Shown here in pieces: positions 11,961 to 24,461 of a DNA stretch of 63,292 nt. Each line of letters begins with the position of its first letter. Within the stretch, counting starts at the first letter, position 1. The position numbers and the translations under genes were made by a program. The notes under the pieces were generated by a model, which was given only the letters and a program-made list of their open reading frames with translations, did not search any database and was not told the DNA's origin. Origin of the DNA: Chiloscyllium plagiosum (lineage: Eukaryota); NCBI RefSeq assembly GCF_004010195.1, contig NC_057719.1, forward strand, positions 16,352,892 through 16,416,183. Direction: 5' to 3'.

Positions 11961-13370
11961 AGATTTGTTGTTAGTCTGTTCGCTGAGCTGGTAGGTTTGT
12001 TAATAGATGTTTCATCCCCTTTCTTGGTGACATCATCAGTGCTGTGTTGCCTCCTGTGAAGCGCTGCTGTACTGTTCCACTTTGAATTGACGTAATTCTG
12101 ATGAGCTATTGGTGCCAGTTCCAGTCTTTCCACTGCAGCGGTTTGTATGTTGGGTCCAGGTCAACGTATTTGTTCATGGAGTCTGACGATGCACCATGCT
12201 TCCAGGAATTCCCTTGCTGTTCTTTGTTTTGCCTGTCCTAATGTCGTTGTGGTATCCCAGTCAAACTCATGGTTCTTGTTGTCCATGTGTATGGATACCA
12301 GGGCAAGTTGGTAGTGTTGCTTGGTTGCTAGTTGGTGTTCATGGATGTGGGTTGCTAGTTGACTGCCTGTTTGTCCTACATATTGCTCAGTGCAGTCGCT
12401 GCATGGGGTTTTGTAAATTACATTCGCCCTGTGTTTAGTGGGGATTGGTTCCTTTATTCTGGTGAACGGCTATCTGAGAGTGGCTGCCAGTTTGTTGTCC
12501 TGTAAAGATCCCTAGTGGTTGGAGCAGTCTGGTTGTCAGTTCTAAAATGTTTTTAATGTATGGGAAAGTGGGCAGTCCGTTGGGGTATGTCTTGTCATCT
12601 TGATATTGTGTGTCTGCCAGGCATCTGTGGGCCAAGCTATGAAGCTATCCATTTTTGGCAAAGACTTTGTACCGGTGTTGTTCTTCCTCTCTTCGCAATT
12701 CTGGGGTGCCACAGTGTGTTGCTTGTCATCTTGATATTGCGTGTCTGCCAGGCATCTGTGGGCCAAGCTATGAAGCTATCCATTTTTGGCAAAGACTTTG
12801 TACCGATTAATGTTGTTCTTCCTCTCTTCGCAATTCTGGGGTGCCACAGTGTGTTGCTGTTCTCTTGAACAGGGTCCTTATGCAGCTTCTCATGTGGGCG
12901 TTCGGGTGGTTGCTGTTGTAGTTTCGGACAACCAAACTGCTCCAACCACTAGGGATCTTGACAGCACATAAACTGGCAGCCACTCACCAGAATAAAGGAC
13001 CCAATACCCCCTATGTGCTGTACAAATGTAATTTACAAAATCACATACAGCTGCACTAAGCACTATGTAGGACAAACAGGCAGACAACTCGTGAACCGAA
13101 TTCCTGGAAGCATGGTAATCATCCTCAGACTCCATCAACAAACACATTGACTTGGACCCAATATACAAACCCCTGCAACGGAAACAGCTGAAACAGAACC
13201 ACATCAATTCAAATCAGAACAGCAGAGCTGTGTTTCACATGGGCAACACACCACTGATGATGTCACCTAGAAAGGGGACAAAATGTCTGCCAACAAACCT
13301 ACCAGCTTGGCGAACAAACCAACAACAAATCCAACCAGCTCCCAAGCTACAGGTCTTCACAAAAACTTTA
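11961..13370. mobile_element. Penelope-like element with inverted halves (minus 11961 to about 12900, plus about 12920-13370) and an internal tandem duplication
   Basis: Decayed GIY-YIG/RT-end sequences on both strands, terminal repeats with decayed hammerheads at both ends, and a unit of about 131 bp at 12591-12721 repeated at 12722-12857. Confidence 0.8.
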
Positions 13371-13450
13371 AACCTAGTGGATTCTGTGATTTTCATACTC
13401 AGCATTTTAAAAACTAAAGATGTAGGAAAGCAAACGAAAAGAGGACTTAC

Positions 13451-13579
13451 GTTGTTGAGGTCAGGATTCTGGTTTGGTCTCTGTGGCGTACTTGGGAAAC
13501 TTTGTGTTCCACCACCTCTGTTAACACCAAGCCAACTAGTGACCCATCCAGTAACTCCACGATGCTCACTATCCAAGAG
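13451..13579 (-). CDS. trip11: TRIP11 exon (129 nt)
   Basis: ttttcactag|CTC...AAC|gtaagt; LLDSEHRGVTGWVTSWLGVNRGGGTQSFPSTPQRPNQNPDLNN; phase 0-0. Confidence 0.92.
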
Positions 13580-14564
13580 CTAGTGAAAACATAGCACAGA
13601 AGTTACACTTATAAATATGGAACCAATTCAAATGAACAGAAAATGGAAATACAAAAATATCATTTGGACATTTTCCAAAATTAAGGGCATGGAATAAGTT
13701 CTCTATTCTAAATAGTAGGGATTTAACAACATGAGAATAGATTGTAGCTTATGAATTGTTATGCAAAATAGTGAGAACAGATAAGATTATCACAGTTTAA
13801 TTTAACAAAGATTTGAATGATTCATTTGCTGATACACTATAATGATTTTTGAACTGTGTATTGGATATGCTTAACATAATTAGAATGATTTTCAAGGTGT
13901 AGGAACTTGGATAGTTTGAGAATTCAGTAGTAAATTTGAAATATAGATTGCATGCCTGAGCAGAATTCCTGTCAGAAATAGGCTAGCACCTCAAGAGTAC
14001 CACTGGTAATTAATAACTGCAAATTGTGAGCAACATCAACACTTACTGATTAGTAATAAATAGACCAACCTTTTAGAGGCAATGGTCTGAACCAATAACC
14101 AGCCAAAGAGGGGCAGCAAATCACAGCACCTCTTCAAACTTCCAAGACAGGAGTTCAAAGTATCAATTTATTACCATGCTCAATATACCGAAATTTTACT
14201 GGGTAAGCTGAGGAACCAGAATCAAAATTAATCGAGCTGAGTCAAATAGTCAACTCTTTGGGGTACAAAGGAGATGGAAGACAAACAGAAATTGCTGGAA
14301 AAACTTAGGTCTGGCAGAACCTGTGGAGAGAAATCAGAGTTAACAATTTCAGGTCTAGTGACCCTTCTCCAGAGCTCAGAAAAAGTTGGTTTTATGCAGG
14401 TGGTATGTGTAGAAGGGGGTAGTTTATAAATCAGAATTTAATAAAATACACAGCAGGATCAGCATCTAATAGGAGATACCTTCTTTAAAGAAAACAAGTT
14501 TCTTTGTAATGTTCTTGCAATCTGATGAACTGCACTTGAAAAGACAGCGACCATTTCATCCTAC

Positions 14565-14679
14565 CTCTTTAATCTCTTCTTTCTTTAACCCCAAAACATT
14601 TCCCAACAGTCTTATTGCTTCATCACGCTTGTTCTTTGGAGTATGGAAGTAACCCACAAATAAATTTCTCATCAAGACC
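14565..14679 (-). CDS. trip11: TRIP11 exon (115 nt), GRAB (GRIP-related Arf-binding) domain core
   Basis: ttattttaaag|G...GAG|gtagga; VLMRNLFVGYFHTPKNKRDEAIRLLGNVLGLKKEEIKE; phase 2-0. Confidence 0.94.
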
Positions 14680-15680
14680 CTTTAAAATAAACGGGATCTG
14701 GTTAGGAACAAGAACGGAAATGACAAATCCATACTTGAATTGGCTGGCATGCCAGACAACAGGACCTTTAATGTTACTGTTTAAAAATACACTTTACAAT
14801 TGGAAACATATTGCAAACTGAGCTGTTGAATTCAGCTGATAAAAATGTGATCAAGGTTTTGTTTTATGATCCCTGTTTCATTCTCTGTTCAATATTTGCT
14901 CCATGATATTTCAAATACAGAAGCAATTTTTAACATATATTTTCCTGTTGTGTGAAGATATGAGGTTATTGCTGACCATTTTAGCATCTCTATAAATTTG
15001 TCAGTTGTGCACGGTTGAATGAAGTTTGTGGTATGATACCGAGATATGGATAAAGATTCCCATATGCAAACTCCAAGCTGTTAAGAATTAGCTGATTGCA
15101 AGTGAGGTAACAGTACAGTACAAAAACTGGTATAAAAGGTTGGGGTGCAGTGGGAGTCAGGGGTTAAATGAGGTATCAGCTAGAATTTTCACTAATTGTT
15201 CACCCACCATGATAAAGTCTTCATGAGTGAATATTGGCTATCAGAACTCAGTTTGAATGCACTGATCCTTAAAAATGAATAGCCATTGACATTACCTGGT
15301 TGGGCTCACAAATAGAGACTATATTCTTAAACTGTTCCCCTTTGGTCTACACTCAATATAGGTAAAAATTCTTTCAGCGTCTTCCTGACGAGCCTCCTCA
15401 GGATTTTACAGGTTTCAATATGATTCTTTTAGACTCAAAATGGATATGACCAGTGTGTCTATCCTTTCCTAATAGGAAAATGCTCCCCCACCCCTGATAT
15501 CTGAATAGCTTCTAATGAAATTATGCCCTCTTTTAAATAAGATGACCAAAATGATAGAAAGCACAGATGTGACCTGTACAACTGTAGTAAAGCATCCTAC
15601 TTAGGTATCCATTCCTTTTACAATATTAAAAAAAACATTCAATTTGCCTTTCTTACTTGCTGCACATATATACTAAAGTT

Positions 15681-15862
15681 AGGAGAAAGTGACTACAGGG
15701 CTGCAGATGCTTGAGATCAGAGTCGCGAGTGTGGTGCAGGAGAATCGGCACTACAACCATAAGTCCTTCATCAGGAGTTCAACTTATGCCAGAAACACTG
15801 ATTCCCCTGCTCCTCAGATGCTGCCTGATCTGCTGTGCTTTTCCAGCATCACACTCTTGACC
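15681..15862. mobile_element. Short fold-back Penelope-terminus element
   Basis: ggagaaagtga...ctgcagatgct arm and gatgctgcctgatctgctgtgcttttccagc arm; TSD catRtatactaaagtt at 15665-15680 and 15863-15878. Confidence 0.7.
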
Positions 15863-17090
15863 CATGTATACTAAAGTTGCATGATTCAGGTATCAGGGCA
15901 CTTTGATCCCTCTGTATCTCAGAGTTGTATATCTCTTCAGTTAACTAATATGTTTGCTTGCTATTCTTTCTTCCACATTATACTTCATTTGCTAAATTTG
16001 TGTCCACTCACTTACCCTATATCTTCACTTGTTTTCAGACTCCTATGTCCTTTTCAGGATTTACTTTCCTACTATCCTTGAACAACTTTACATACAGCAT
16101 CTTTATTATGTTATTAATTTACAAATTGTAAACAGTTCAGGTCCCAGCATTGAGCCCTGTGGTCGTCCTTGTCAAATTATCTTGGCAACCCACAAATGAC
16201 TCACTTATGTTTACTGTGGGTTGGAAACGTTAGATAGGGAAAAGTTGTGCTCAGTCATAAAAAGAATGAAACACATGAAAAGACAAAGACTTAGTGATGT
16301 GCACAGCGAACACGGATGATGAATGGAACACACTGCCTGGAAGTGTGGTCGAGGTAAGTTCCATTGAGGCATTCAAGGTGGCACTGGATGATTATGTAGA
16401 TAGAAATGTACAAGGGCATAGTGAAAAAGCAAGAGACTGGCATGAGATCACAATACTCATTTGAAGAGCAGGTGCGAACATGTCTAAAAGCAAATGTTAT
16501 ATATCTAAAAGTGAGAGGTGAGAAACAAATTGCAAGTTACTCACATTTCATTTCTCTTCATTTTATTGAGTTTATCAGTCAAATGGTCATTGTCTGCATC
16601 ATACTAATTCTGTAATACTGCTTCCTGTTATCTAATCAATCCTCTGTCCATGTGAATATTACTCTCTACATCGACGAGTTTCTCTCGTTTCATTCTCACA
16701 TCAGAAATACAAGGAAATCATGCTGGGTTGTGACTGACGTGTGCAGAGGACCACAGTATTCAGATTTCAGTGATCAAAGAAAGCTTAAATATCAGTGAGG
16801 GATATGAATCAAAATGAGAATTTTAAACCAAAACTGAACATATGATTGGCCAATAAATCAGAAAATTGCCAAAACAAATTCATAAAGTTATAAAATGTAA
16901 AGGTTAGATCTAGAGTAAAACGCATTAGCCAATACTAAGTTGCTACAAATGCTAAATATGTGCAGGAGAGAAATAAAGCTATCATTTCAAATTGATGATC
17001 TTTCATTAGAACTGGAAGTCAGAGATGCAGCAGATTCAATTAGGGAAGGAGCTAAAATCTCACAGGGCAAGTCTGTTATATGATGGAGAT

Positions 17091-17394
17091 CAAGATGGCT
17101 CAGTGGTTAGCACTGATGCCTCACAGCACCAGGGTCCCGGGTTTGATTCCCACCTTGGGCAACTGTGTGTGTGGAGTTTGCACATTCTCCCCGTGTCTGC
17201 GCGAGTTTCCTCCCACAGTCCAAAGATGTGCAGGTTAGGTGAATTGGCCATGTTAAATTGCCTGTAGTGTTAGGTGTGTTGGTCAGGGGTAAATAAAGAG
17301 GAATGGCTCTGGTGGGTTGCTCTTCGGAGGGTCGGTGTGGACTTGTTGGGCCAAAGGGTCTGTTTCCACACTGTAGGTAATCTAATCTAATCTA
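17091..17394 (+). mobile_element. HE1-type V-SINE (tRNA-derived, CR1-related tail)
   Basis: A box tggctcagtgg, B box ggtttgattcc, V-domain tgtggagtttgcacattctccccgtgtctgc, and an (aatct)n tail. A truncated copy lies at about 39069-39190. Confidence 0.85.
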
Positions 17395-17737
17395 AAAAAT
17401 ATATTAAGCAACAAAGGAAAAAGCCAAATGGTGATGACAATGGTCAAGAAAGAAAAAAGGTAGATATGGAGTATGACAATTGTCCAAATGGGTATTACTG
17501 AAAGTCAAACATTTCCTAATGTTTTGCTTTTGATAATTTGCTCGGCTAAAACTGCCTCTATACCTCAAATTGAATTATCTCAGTCCTGAACAAAACAATG
17601 CATCACATAACCCAAAAATCATCCATTGAGATACTTTCTGGCTTGAGTACAGCCACATTAGAGTTGTAAGTAACTATTTTCTGAAGTGAGAACATTTTCA
17701 TAGATTTCCAAAATAAAGATGAGTATCAGATACTTAC

Positions 17738-17819
17738 TTGTCAATTCTACCTTCACTGTTATTGACTAGGTTCAGCAGTTTTCTCTGTGCATCTTCCAAC
17801 ACATCCTGTTGAGTCACAA
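17738..17819 (-). CDS. trip11: TRIP11 exon (82 nt), start of the GRAB region
   Basis: cttaactag|TT...GACAA|gtaagt; (V)VTQQDVLEDAQRKLLNLVNNSEGRID(K); phase 1-2. Confidence 0.92.
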
Positions 17820-18489
17820 CTAGTTAAGAAATAAAGATTAATGGCGTGAGGTTCCTTTTTGAGTTGGAAAACAGTCATTTAGCATCAAGAGCAAATGTTA
17901 TATGTCTAAAAGCAAATGTTATATATCTAAAAGTGAGAGGTGAGAAACAAATATTTGCAAGTTACACACATTTCATTTCTCTTCATTTTATTGAGTTTAT
18001 CAGTCACTGCCAGTGACATTTTCCACCCATGAATTCAAAAGTGAGAATGAGGATTTTACAATAAGCATTGTGAATTCAGATTAGTGTGGAAAAGTTGCTG
18101 TTTATTAAAATTATGCTGGTATTCTCCAAGAACTATCCATTCTAACATAATCTCATAAACCTCAATAATGCATTCCAGAAATTTCCTGGCAACTGACAGG
18201 AGGCTAACAAATCTATAAGTTCTAATGTTTTGTTTTCTTCAACTTCCTAATGATTAGAACATTGGTACACTGGAATTAAATTTGTATCTTAAAAGAACCA
18301 GGAGTGGTTTGCTTAACCTCACATGTCCCTAATCACTTGTGTTAAATAGCATCAATCGAGTCTTTCAACCAGCCTTGGTGCTTTAATCAACTGTGAAGCT
18401 ACACTTTTTAGGATCCCAGGATTAAATCCTGGCATGTTGTCACTGTTAGTCGCTTAGGTTTCATCGATGCTATTTCTCTGTTGATATTA

Positions 18490-19100
18490 ATTACCTGAAG
18501 AAACTGAACTGAATCGCAAACATACCATGGCTAAAACAGCAGGTCAGAAGCTGCGTAATCCTTTTTGGGTGACTCACTTCCTGACTTCCCAAACCTTGTT
18601 CCCCACCACCAGGGCATAAGTCAGGAATATGATTAAATGCTCTTCACTTTCCTAGATGAATACAGCTCTATCAAAATGCCAGAATTTTAACAGTATCCAG
18701 GACAAAGATCCTTGCTTGACAGGCATCCCACACCACTGAAAAAAAAAATCCCTCCACCAATGGAGCCAGCAGCAGTGTAAACCTACAGCAACTTGCCGAG
18801 GTTCCTTTGAAAGGACCTTCCAAACCCACAACTTTTAACATCTAAAATGACAAAGGCAGCAGATTCATACGAGGAACATAATCTGGAAGTTTACTTCCAC
18901 ACGATGCACCATCCTGACTTGGAACCATATCGTCATTTCTTCACTGTCCCTGGGTCAAAATCCTGAAACACCCTACTGAAAAGCACTGCGTGTACACCTC
19001 CAGAGAGGCTACAGAAATTCAACAGAGAAAGCTTAACATCATTCCCAGGGCAATTGAGGAGGGTATTAAATGCTGGTCCCACCAGTGGTGAAGACTCAGA
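18490..19100 (+). mobile_element. Non-LTR retrotransposon 3' fragment (CR1/L2 group, second family); related copies at about 21100-21820, 30430-31250 and 37400-37620
   Basis: Shared motifs among the copies (acaaggcacaaatcaggagtg, ccaggacaaagcagc, caccatcctgacttggaa). Confidence 0.7.
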
Positions 19101-19994
19101 GTAGAGAAATATACCCCCGCAAACTTGATGGCCAGGACAACAAAAAGAATGGGTGTGAAATTTTAGCAGCATTCCTGATTGATAAAATACAGAGAAAAAT
19201 ACAGAAGAGTTCCCACTTGTGCTGAAAATCAAAATATATGCCAGCCTAAACAGCAAGGAGAAGGGAAAGTTACCATTTTAGTTTTCTAGGCTGGTTTAGT
19301 TCAATATGAATTAAATCAGACATGCGGCACCATTCTGAGCTCCATATTTAGTTTGGCTCATTCTATTTTCCTCTCCTTTCTAACCCCTGCACCCACCCCC
19401 ACCTCAGCTTTTTTTTGGCTGGTCGACTGTTTGTGTTTCAATGAATATTTTACCACTGAGTAATCAAAGTCGGATCAGAAGCCAAGGGCATGTATAAATT
19501 ATATAGGAAGAAAGAATGAAGTTATGTAGGAAACATCACTGGCAAAGAGTACCTAAAACACATGAAAATCCAATATCATGGATTAAATGGAACTATTTGT
19601 ATTCAATCATGTTCAGTCAAACAAAGAAGTGATCAAATGTAGTTGACCCATTCAATATGAATGCAATCAAACCATTGTTAGTTACAAAAAAAGTTAACAA
19701 ACAATTTGAACTGTTATTCCCTTGAAATATCTACACAGTGTAACCTAGTTTGAATCACTTCAACTGGGGAATTGCTGAAAATCTGAAGTCAACTTTGCTG
19801 GTTCACCTATTTCTCCACATAAAAATGTTTTTATTTCCAAACAAAATAATTAATTCTGGTCAAAATTAGGCGTTTCACATTTCAGGAACAGAAACAAAAA
19901 GTTTCTCAAACATGAAAGTATTTCACCGTGTTCTGCTCCACTTCCTTTTGTCATACATTAGTAGTGCCAGTTTACAAAAACAAAAAAAAAAACA

Positions 19995-21000
19995 TTTAAC
20001 CATTCGGTTTCTCAAGCCTGCACTGACATTCAATAAGACATGGCTGGTCAGTTTGTGATTCAAGTTCCATATTCGAATTCAACCCCACCCCTCTAAAAAA
20101 AATCCTGGATTCACTCCCAAACAAGAACTTTTCATTTATACATTTGAAACACTGTCCCCAATGCCTTCTCAGGCAGAATTCTAAAGTCTCACAACCCTCA
20201 AAAAAAAAACTGACTTCTGTCCTTAATTTTAAAACAGTGTCTCCTAGTTCTAGACTCAAAGGGAGTATACAGGTGCAGCAGAAAATCAGGAAGGCTACTC
20301 GAATTATTTCAAGGGGACTGGAGTATAAGAGCAGGGAAGTTTTCCTACAACTGTACAAGATGTTTGCGAGACCACATCTGGAGAACAGAGTCGTTCTTAC
20401 CACTTTATTCAAGGAAAGACATCATTTCATTGGAGAGAGTTTGGAGGAGGTTCATTAAGATCATCCCTGGGATGGGGAGATTATTTTGTGAGAGGTGATC
20501 TTTACAAAACATAAAAGATTCTTAAGGGGTTTGACAGAGTAAATGATGAGAGGAGTTAGCCCTCACAGGAGAGCCTAAGACCAGAGGGCATTATCTCAGA
20601 ATAACAGGATGCCAATTTAAGACTGAGATGAGGAGGAATTTCCTCTGTGAGTTGAGTCTTTGGAACACTTTGCCACAGAAAGGAATGGAAACAGAGCCCT
20701 TAAGCATATTTAAGGCAGAGATAGACAGACCAGTAGGGGAAAGTGAGGACTGCAGATGCTGGAGTTTAGAGTCGAGAGGATGGTGCTGGAAAAACGCAAC
20801 AGATCAGGCAGCATCCGAGGAGAGGTGAGTTGACATTTCGGGTAAAAGCCCTTCATCAGGAATGAGATCAGTAGGGGAATCAAGGGTTATGAAGAAAGAG
20901 CAGGAAAGTGGCCATAAGGAATGACAGCTTAGCCATGATCCTACTGAATGGCAGAGCAAACTTGAGGGCTCAATGGCCCCTGCTTACACCTATTTGTTAT
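19995..21000. mobile_element. CR1 fragments back to back (minus about 19995-20255, plus about 20256-21000), interrupted by a Penelope terminus at about 20735-20865
   Basis: RGLEYKSREVFLQLYKMFARPHLE on the plus strand, with CR1 3' tails at both outer ends. Confidence 0.75.
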
Positions 21001-21819
21001 GGTCTTACAGACAAAAGAGGATATGGTGTGTGTTTTGGTCTCCTTATTTAAGGATGGCTGTATAGTTGATGGAAGGAGATTTGTTACACTGATACATTGC
21101 AAATTACCATCTCTAATAAGTGACAATCTAACCACCATCCCTCAACATTCAATGGTGCTACCATCACTGAAGCCTACCATCAACATCCTGGGGATTGCCA
21201 TTGACCAGAATCTCAACTGGATTCCCCATATTAATTCAGCAGCTACAGAAGGTGGCGAGAGTCAGAGTATGCAGCAAGCAACTCACCCAATTCCACTAAG
21301 CCCGTCCATCACCTACAAGGCACAAATCAGGAGTGTGATGGGGGACAGGCTTTGTGTAGCCAAGTGGTGAGCTATTCCCCACTTGCCTGAGGAGTGCAAC
21401 TCCAACATTCAAGCTGCTTGATACCATGTAGGACAAAGCAGCTCACTTGACTGGCTCCACATTCGCAAGCATCCACTTCCTACACCACCAATACAGAAAT
21501 TCACCAAGGCTGGTTAGAAAATACCTTCCAAGCTCACAGCCACAGACACTTTCTTCTAAAAGGACAAGGGCAACAGAGACATGAGAACACCATTACCTGC
21601 AAGTTCCCGTCTAAGCCACTCACCGTCCTGACTTCAAAGTATATCAAGGGTCCTTGGAGTCAAAATCCCAAAATGTGGTCCCTAAGGGAATTGTGAGTCT
21701 ACCTATAGCACATGGACTGCAGTTCAGGGCAGCAGCTCACTGTCTTTTCAAAGTCATCTAGGAATGGGCAATAAATGCTGGTCTAGCCAGTGACACCCAT
21801 GTCCGAATGAATAAAAGAA

Positions 21820-22245
21820 ACATTTTCTTATGAGGAAAGATTGGACTGATTAGATTTGCTTCCACTAGAGTTTAGAAGGTGGAGAGGCAACATGGTTAAA
21901 GAACACAAGATTCTGAACAGACTTGACAAGGTGGAAAAGATTTTTCTCTTTGTAGGTGAGCCCAGGACTAGAGTGTACAGATTTAAAATTACAGTTTACC
22001 CTTTTATGATACAGATGAGATATTATTTTCTCTCAGAACTTTATTTTCTCAAACTCCCAGCCTCATAAGGCATTGGAGGCAGGTTCATGAAAACCTTTAC
22101 AGCAGAGGTAGGTAGACTCTTAATAGGGAAGGTTATCAAGGCAAAGGTGAAGGCTGAATATGAAATAAACAGATTAACCATAATATTACTGAATGGCAGA
22201 GCAAGCTCGAGTGGCTGAATGGCCTACCTCTGCGCCTTATTCAAT
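21820..22245 (+). mobile_element. CR1 3' fragment
   Basis: LEFRRWRGNMVK...LDKV...GEPRTR motif and a CR1 tail. Confidence 0.7.
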
Positions 22246-24361
22246 GTTTATACTTTCATAACCAAGAAAAGGCCAAGGTTTTTTTTTCCCTTTAAATGCT
22301 GTCAAGTCTTTATTTAATAGAGGTCAGAAACAGGCGGTACATCTTTTCAAGATCATCTTTTGCAGATAGCAATCCAGACATACAGCTGTGAACCATAAGT
22401 TTACTGACAGTCCCGTCAACTGCATGTCTGTCACACTCCATTTTTTTAAATCCATCATTTAGTTGCTTCCATTTTATTCACTACGTCTGTCTCCATGTTT
22501 AAAAAATGCATTTCAAGTCCATTTTGTTCATGTTCTTAAATAAAATGAACCATTGCATAAATTAAATGCAAAAAGCCTCTTCACAACTTTAAATACAAAT
22601 GTTACTTTGTTTCTGTTCAGACCTGCTTTCCATAGAACTGGATGAACAAAATTCCTGCCCACGGAGCACCCAACGTTATGCTCTATATTTGTTCCCCCTC
22701 CGGTTTTTTTTTATTTTTCAGCCTATGTTAGCAATTCATCCTTCATACGAAAACAATTAAACATTTCCCACAATCTCCAGCTATGTACCCTCATTTTTGT
22801 CGAAGAATAAAGAAAGAAGACTCATCTTAACTAATGCTGGAATTATATAAGTTTGCTGAAGTTTCAAAGAAAGAGCACAGACGTTCCTTATCAAACATGT
22901 TAATCCTCAACGATGAAGCATCTCATGAGACCAAGCATTTCTGAACTTCTCATTGGAAGATTGTCAAGGACTGTGAAGCATGTCAAGAAATGGCTCCACA
23001 GGAAGCAGACACCGTAAGGCACCCAGTCACCATTTGTGCATGAATCTGAATGGCAAATGTTTGCAGGAAACCTCAAATATAAAGGGTATCACAGCTAAGG
23101 CCAGTGGTGCCTTTATGGTTGTCTGGTGTTAATACACATTCCGGACAAGTTGCTGATAGTGATCAGGAACAAAACTCATGGCTGACTGATACGCCCAAAG
23201 TGCAGGTCGCAGAGACAACACTGCTACTGCCACCTGGGCTAAACTGAGTCATTTATTAATCTGCATGGCTCAGCAGTAAATTGAATCACCTCATGATATT
23301 ACTCATGAATGGATTACTCCAAATTAAACTTTATCAGCCTCTTTATTGCCTGTTGTCAATTTTTAAATACATTACACACAAACAAAATGCAACATAATGA
23401 TAAGTGACTTCTCATCTCATGTGAAAATCCTATTTCATTGCCATTACTACAGATTTAGCTTTACGTTGATGGTCTGGATCTGACCAATATGAAACAAAGC
23501 TATGCATCCCAAGGCAAATGAGAATAAACTTGCATAATAGCTGTACAACTACCGTGTTGCATATTTTCTGTCAAAGTTATCAATGTAAAGAATGAGGAAG
23601 TTTTATCTATGCACTGATTTAAGTTCACAAGTAATACATTTACTTTGTTTCCTGGGCATGTTCAGACTAATTTGTTCTCAAGATGCAATGTATACAGAAT
23701 CATACCCTCTAAAACAGTAATTGAATGTTTTGCCACAATTTGTACAGAGGTTTGGATGAAAACGTTTCATGGAGTCACGAAAAAAAAATTGTACTACACA
23801 TGTTTTTATTCAATGAGCAGATGTTTCTTCAGATTCATCAAGCCTAAACTATTAAACTTGCACAAGTTAACTACATCTTTAAACACTGATGGATAAAGTC
23901 CATTTCACTCAAATATCTGTTAATCTTATAAAGTTAACAGTCCTGTGCTGCAATAACTAAAGTTATTCCCCTCAACCTCCTCCATTGATTTTCAACCTTC
24001 AGAGATTAGTTATTTCTATCATGCATGAAACTGCTTCGTCTCTTCCGATATTGTCCTTCAAATCTGCAATTATCATACAATTCTTCAAAAATCCAACTCT
24101 TGATCTTGCTGTACTTCCAAACTATTGACTCATCCCCCACCTTCTCTTTTTTGTCCAGAATTCCTAAATGTATTTACTGTCTCTCTGACACTTCTATAGA
24201 ATTCTAAGTTTGAATCCTCCGAATCAAGTTTCCAAAGTTGCCACAGAGCTGAAATGCCTTAAAGTCATAAATGAGTTTGAAGTTGAAAGAATGAAGATGG
24301 AATATGAAAACGTTACCACCTTTCTAATGAATCAATTTACACATGCAAAACAATGCATTAC

Positions 24362-24461
24362 CTTGCTTTTTAAGATCTTCCAGTTGCTCCTCTTTAAGGT
24401 CCAATTGTTCAGCTAGTCTTGATGCAGAATCTAGAGCCTCATTTGCTTCTTTTAAATGTTG
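24362..24461 (-). CDS. trip11: TRIP11 exon (100 nt)
   Basis: ctattgcag|CAA...CAAG|gtaatg; [33 protein letters not shown]; phase 0-1. Confidence 0.93.

Noticed and set aside
12591..12857. Tandem repeat as a CRISPR-like or satellite array
   Set aside because: Only two copies of Penelope coding sequence, with no spacer structure, in a eukaryotic context.
13152..13583. 143-aa plus-strand ORF
   Set aside because: Spans a Penelope terminus and the antisense of a trip11 exon; not a coherent protein.
17096..17155. tRNA gene
   Set aside because: The A and B boxes belong to the SINE head; there is no complete cloverleaf and the sequence continues into the V-domain.
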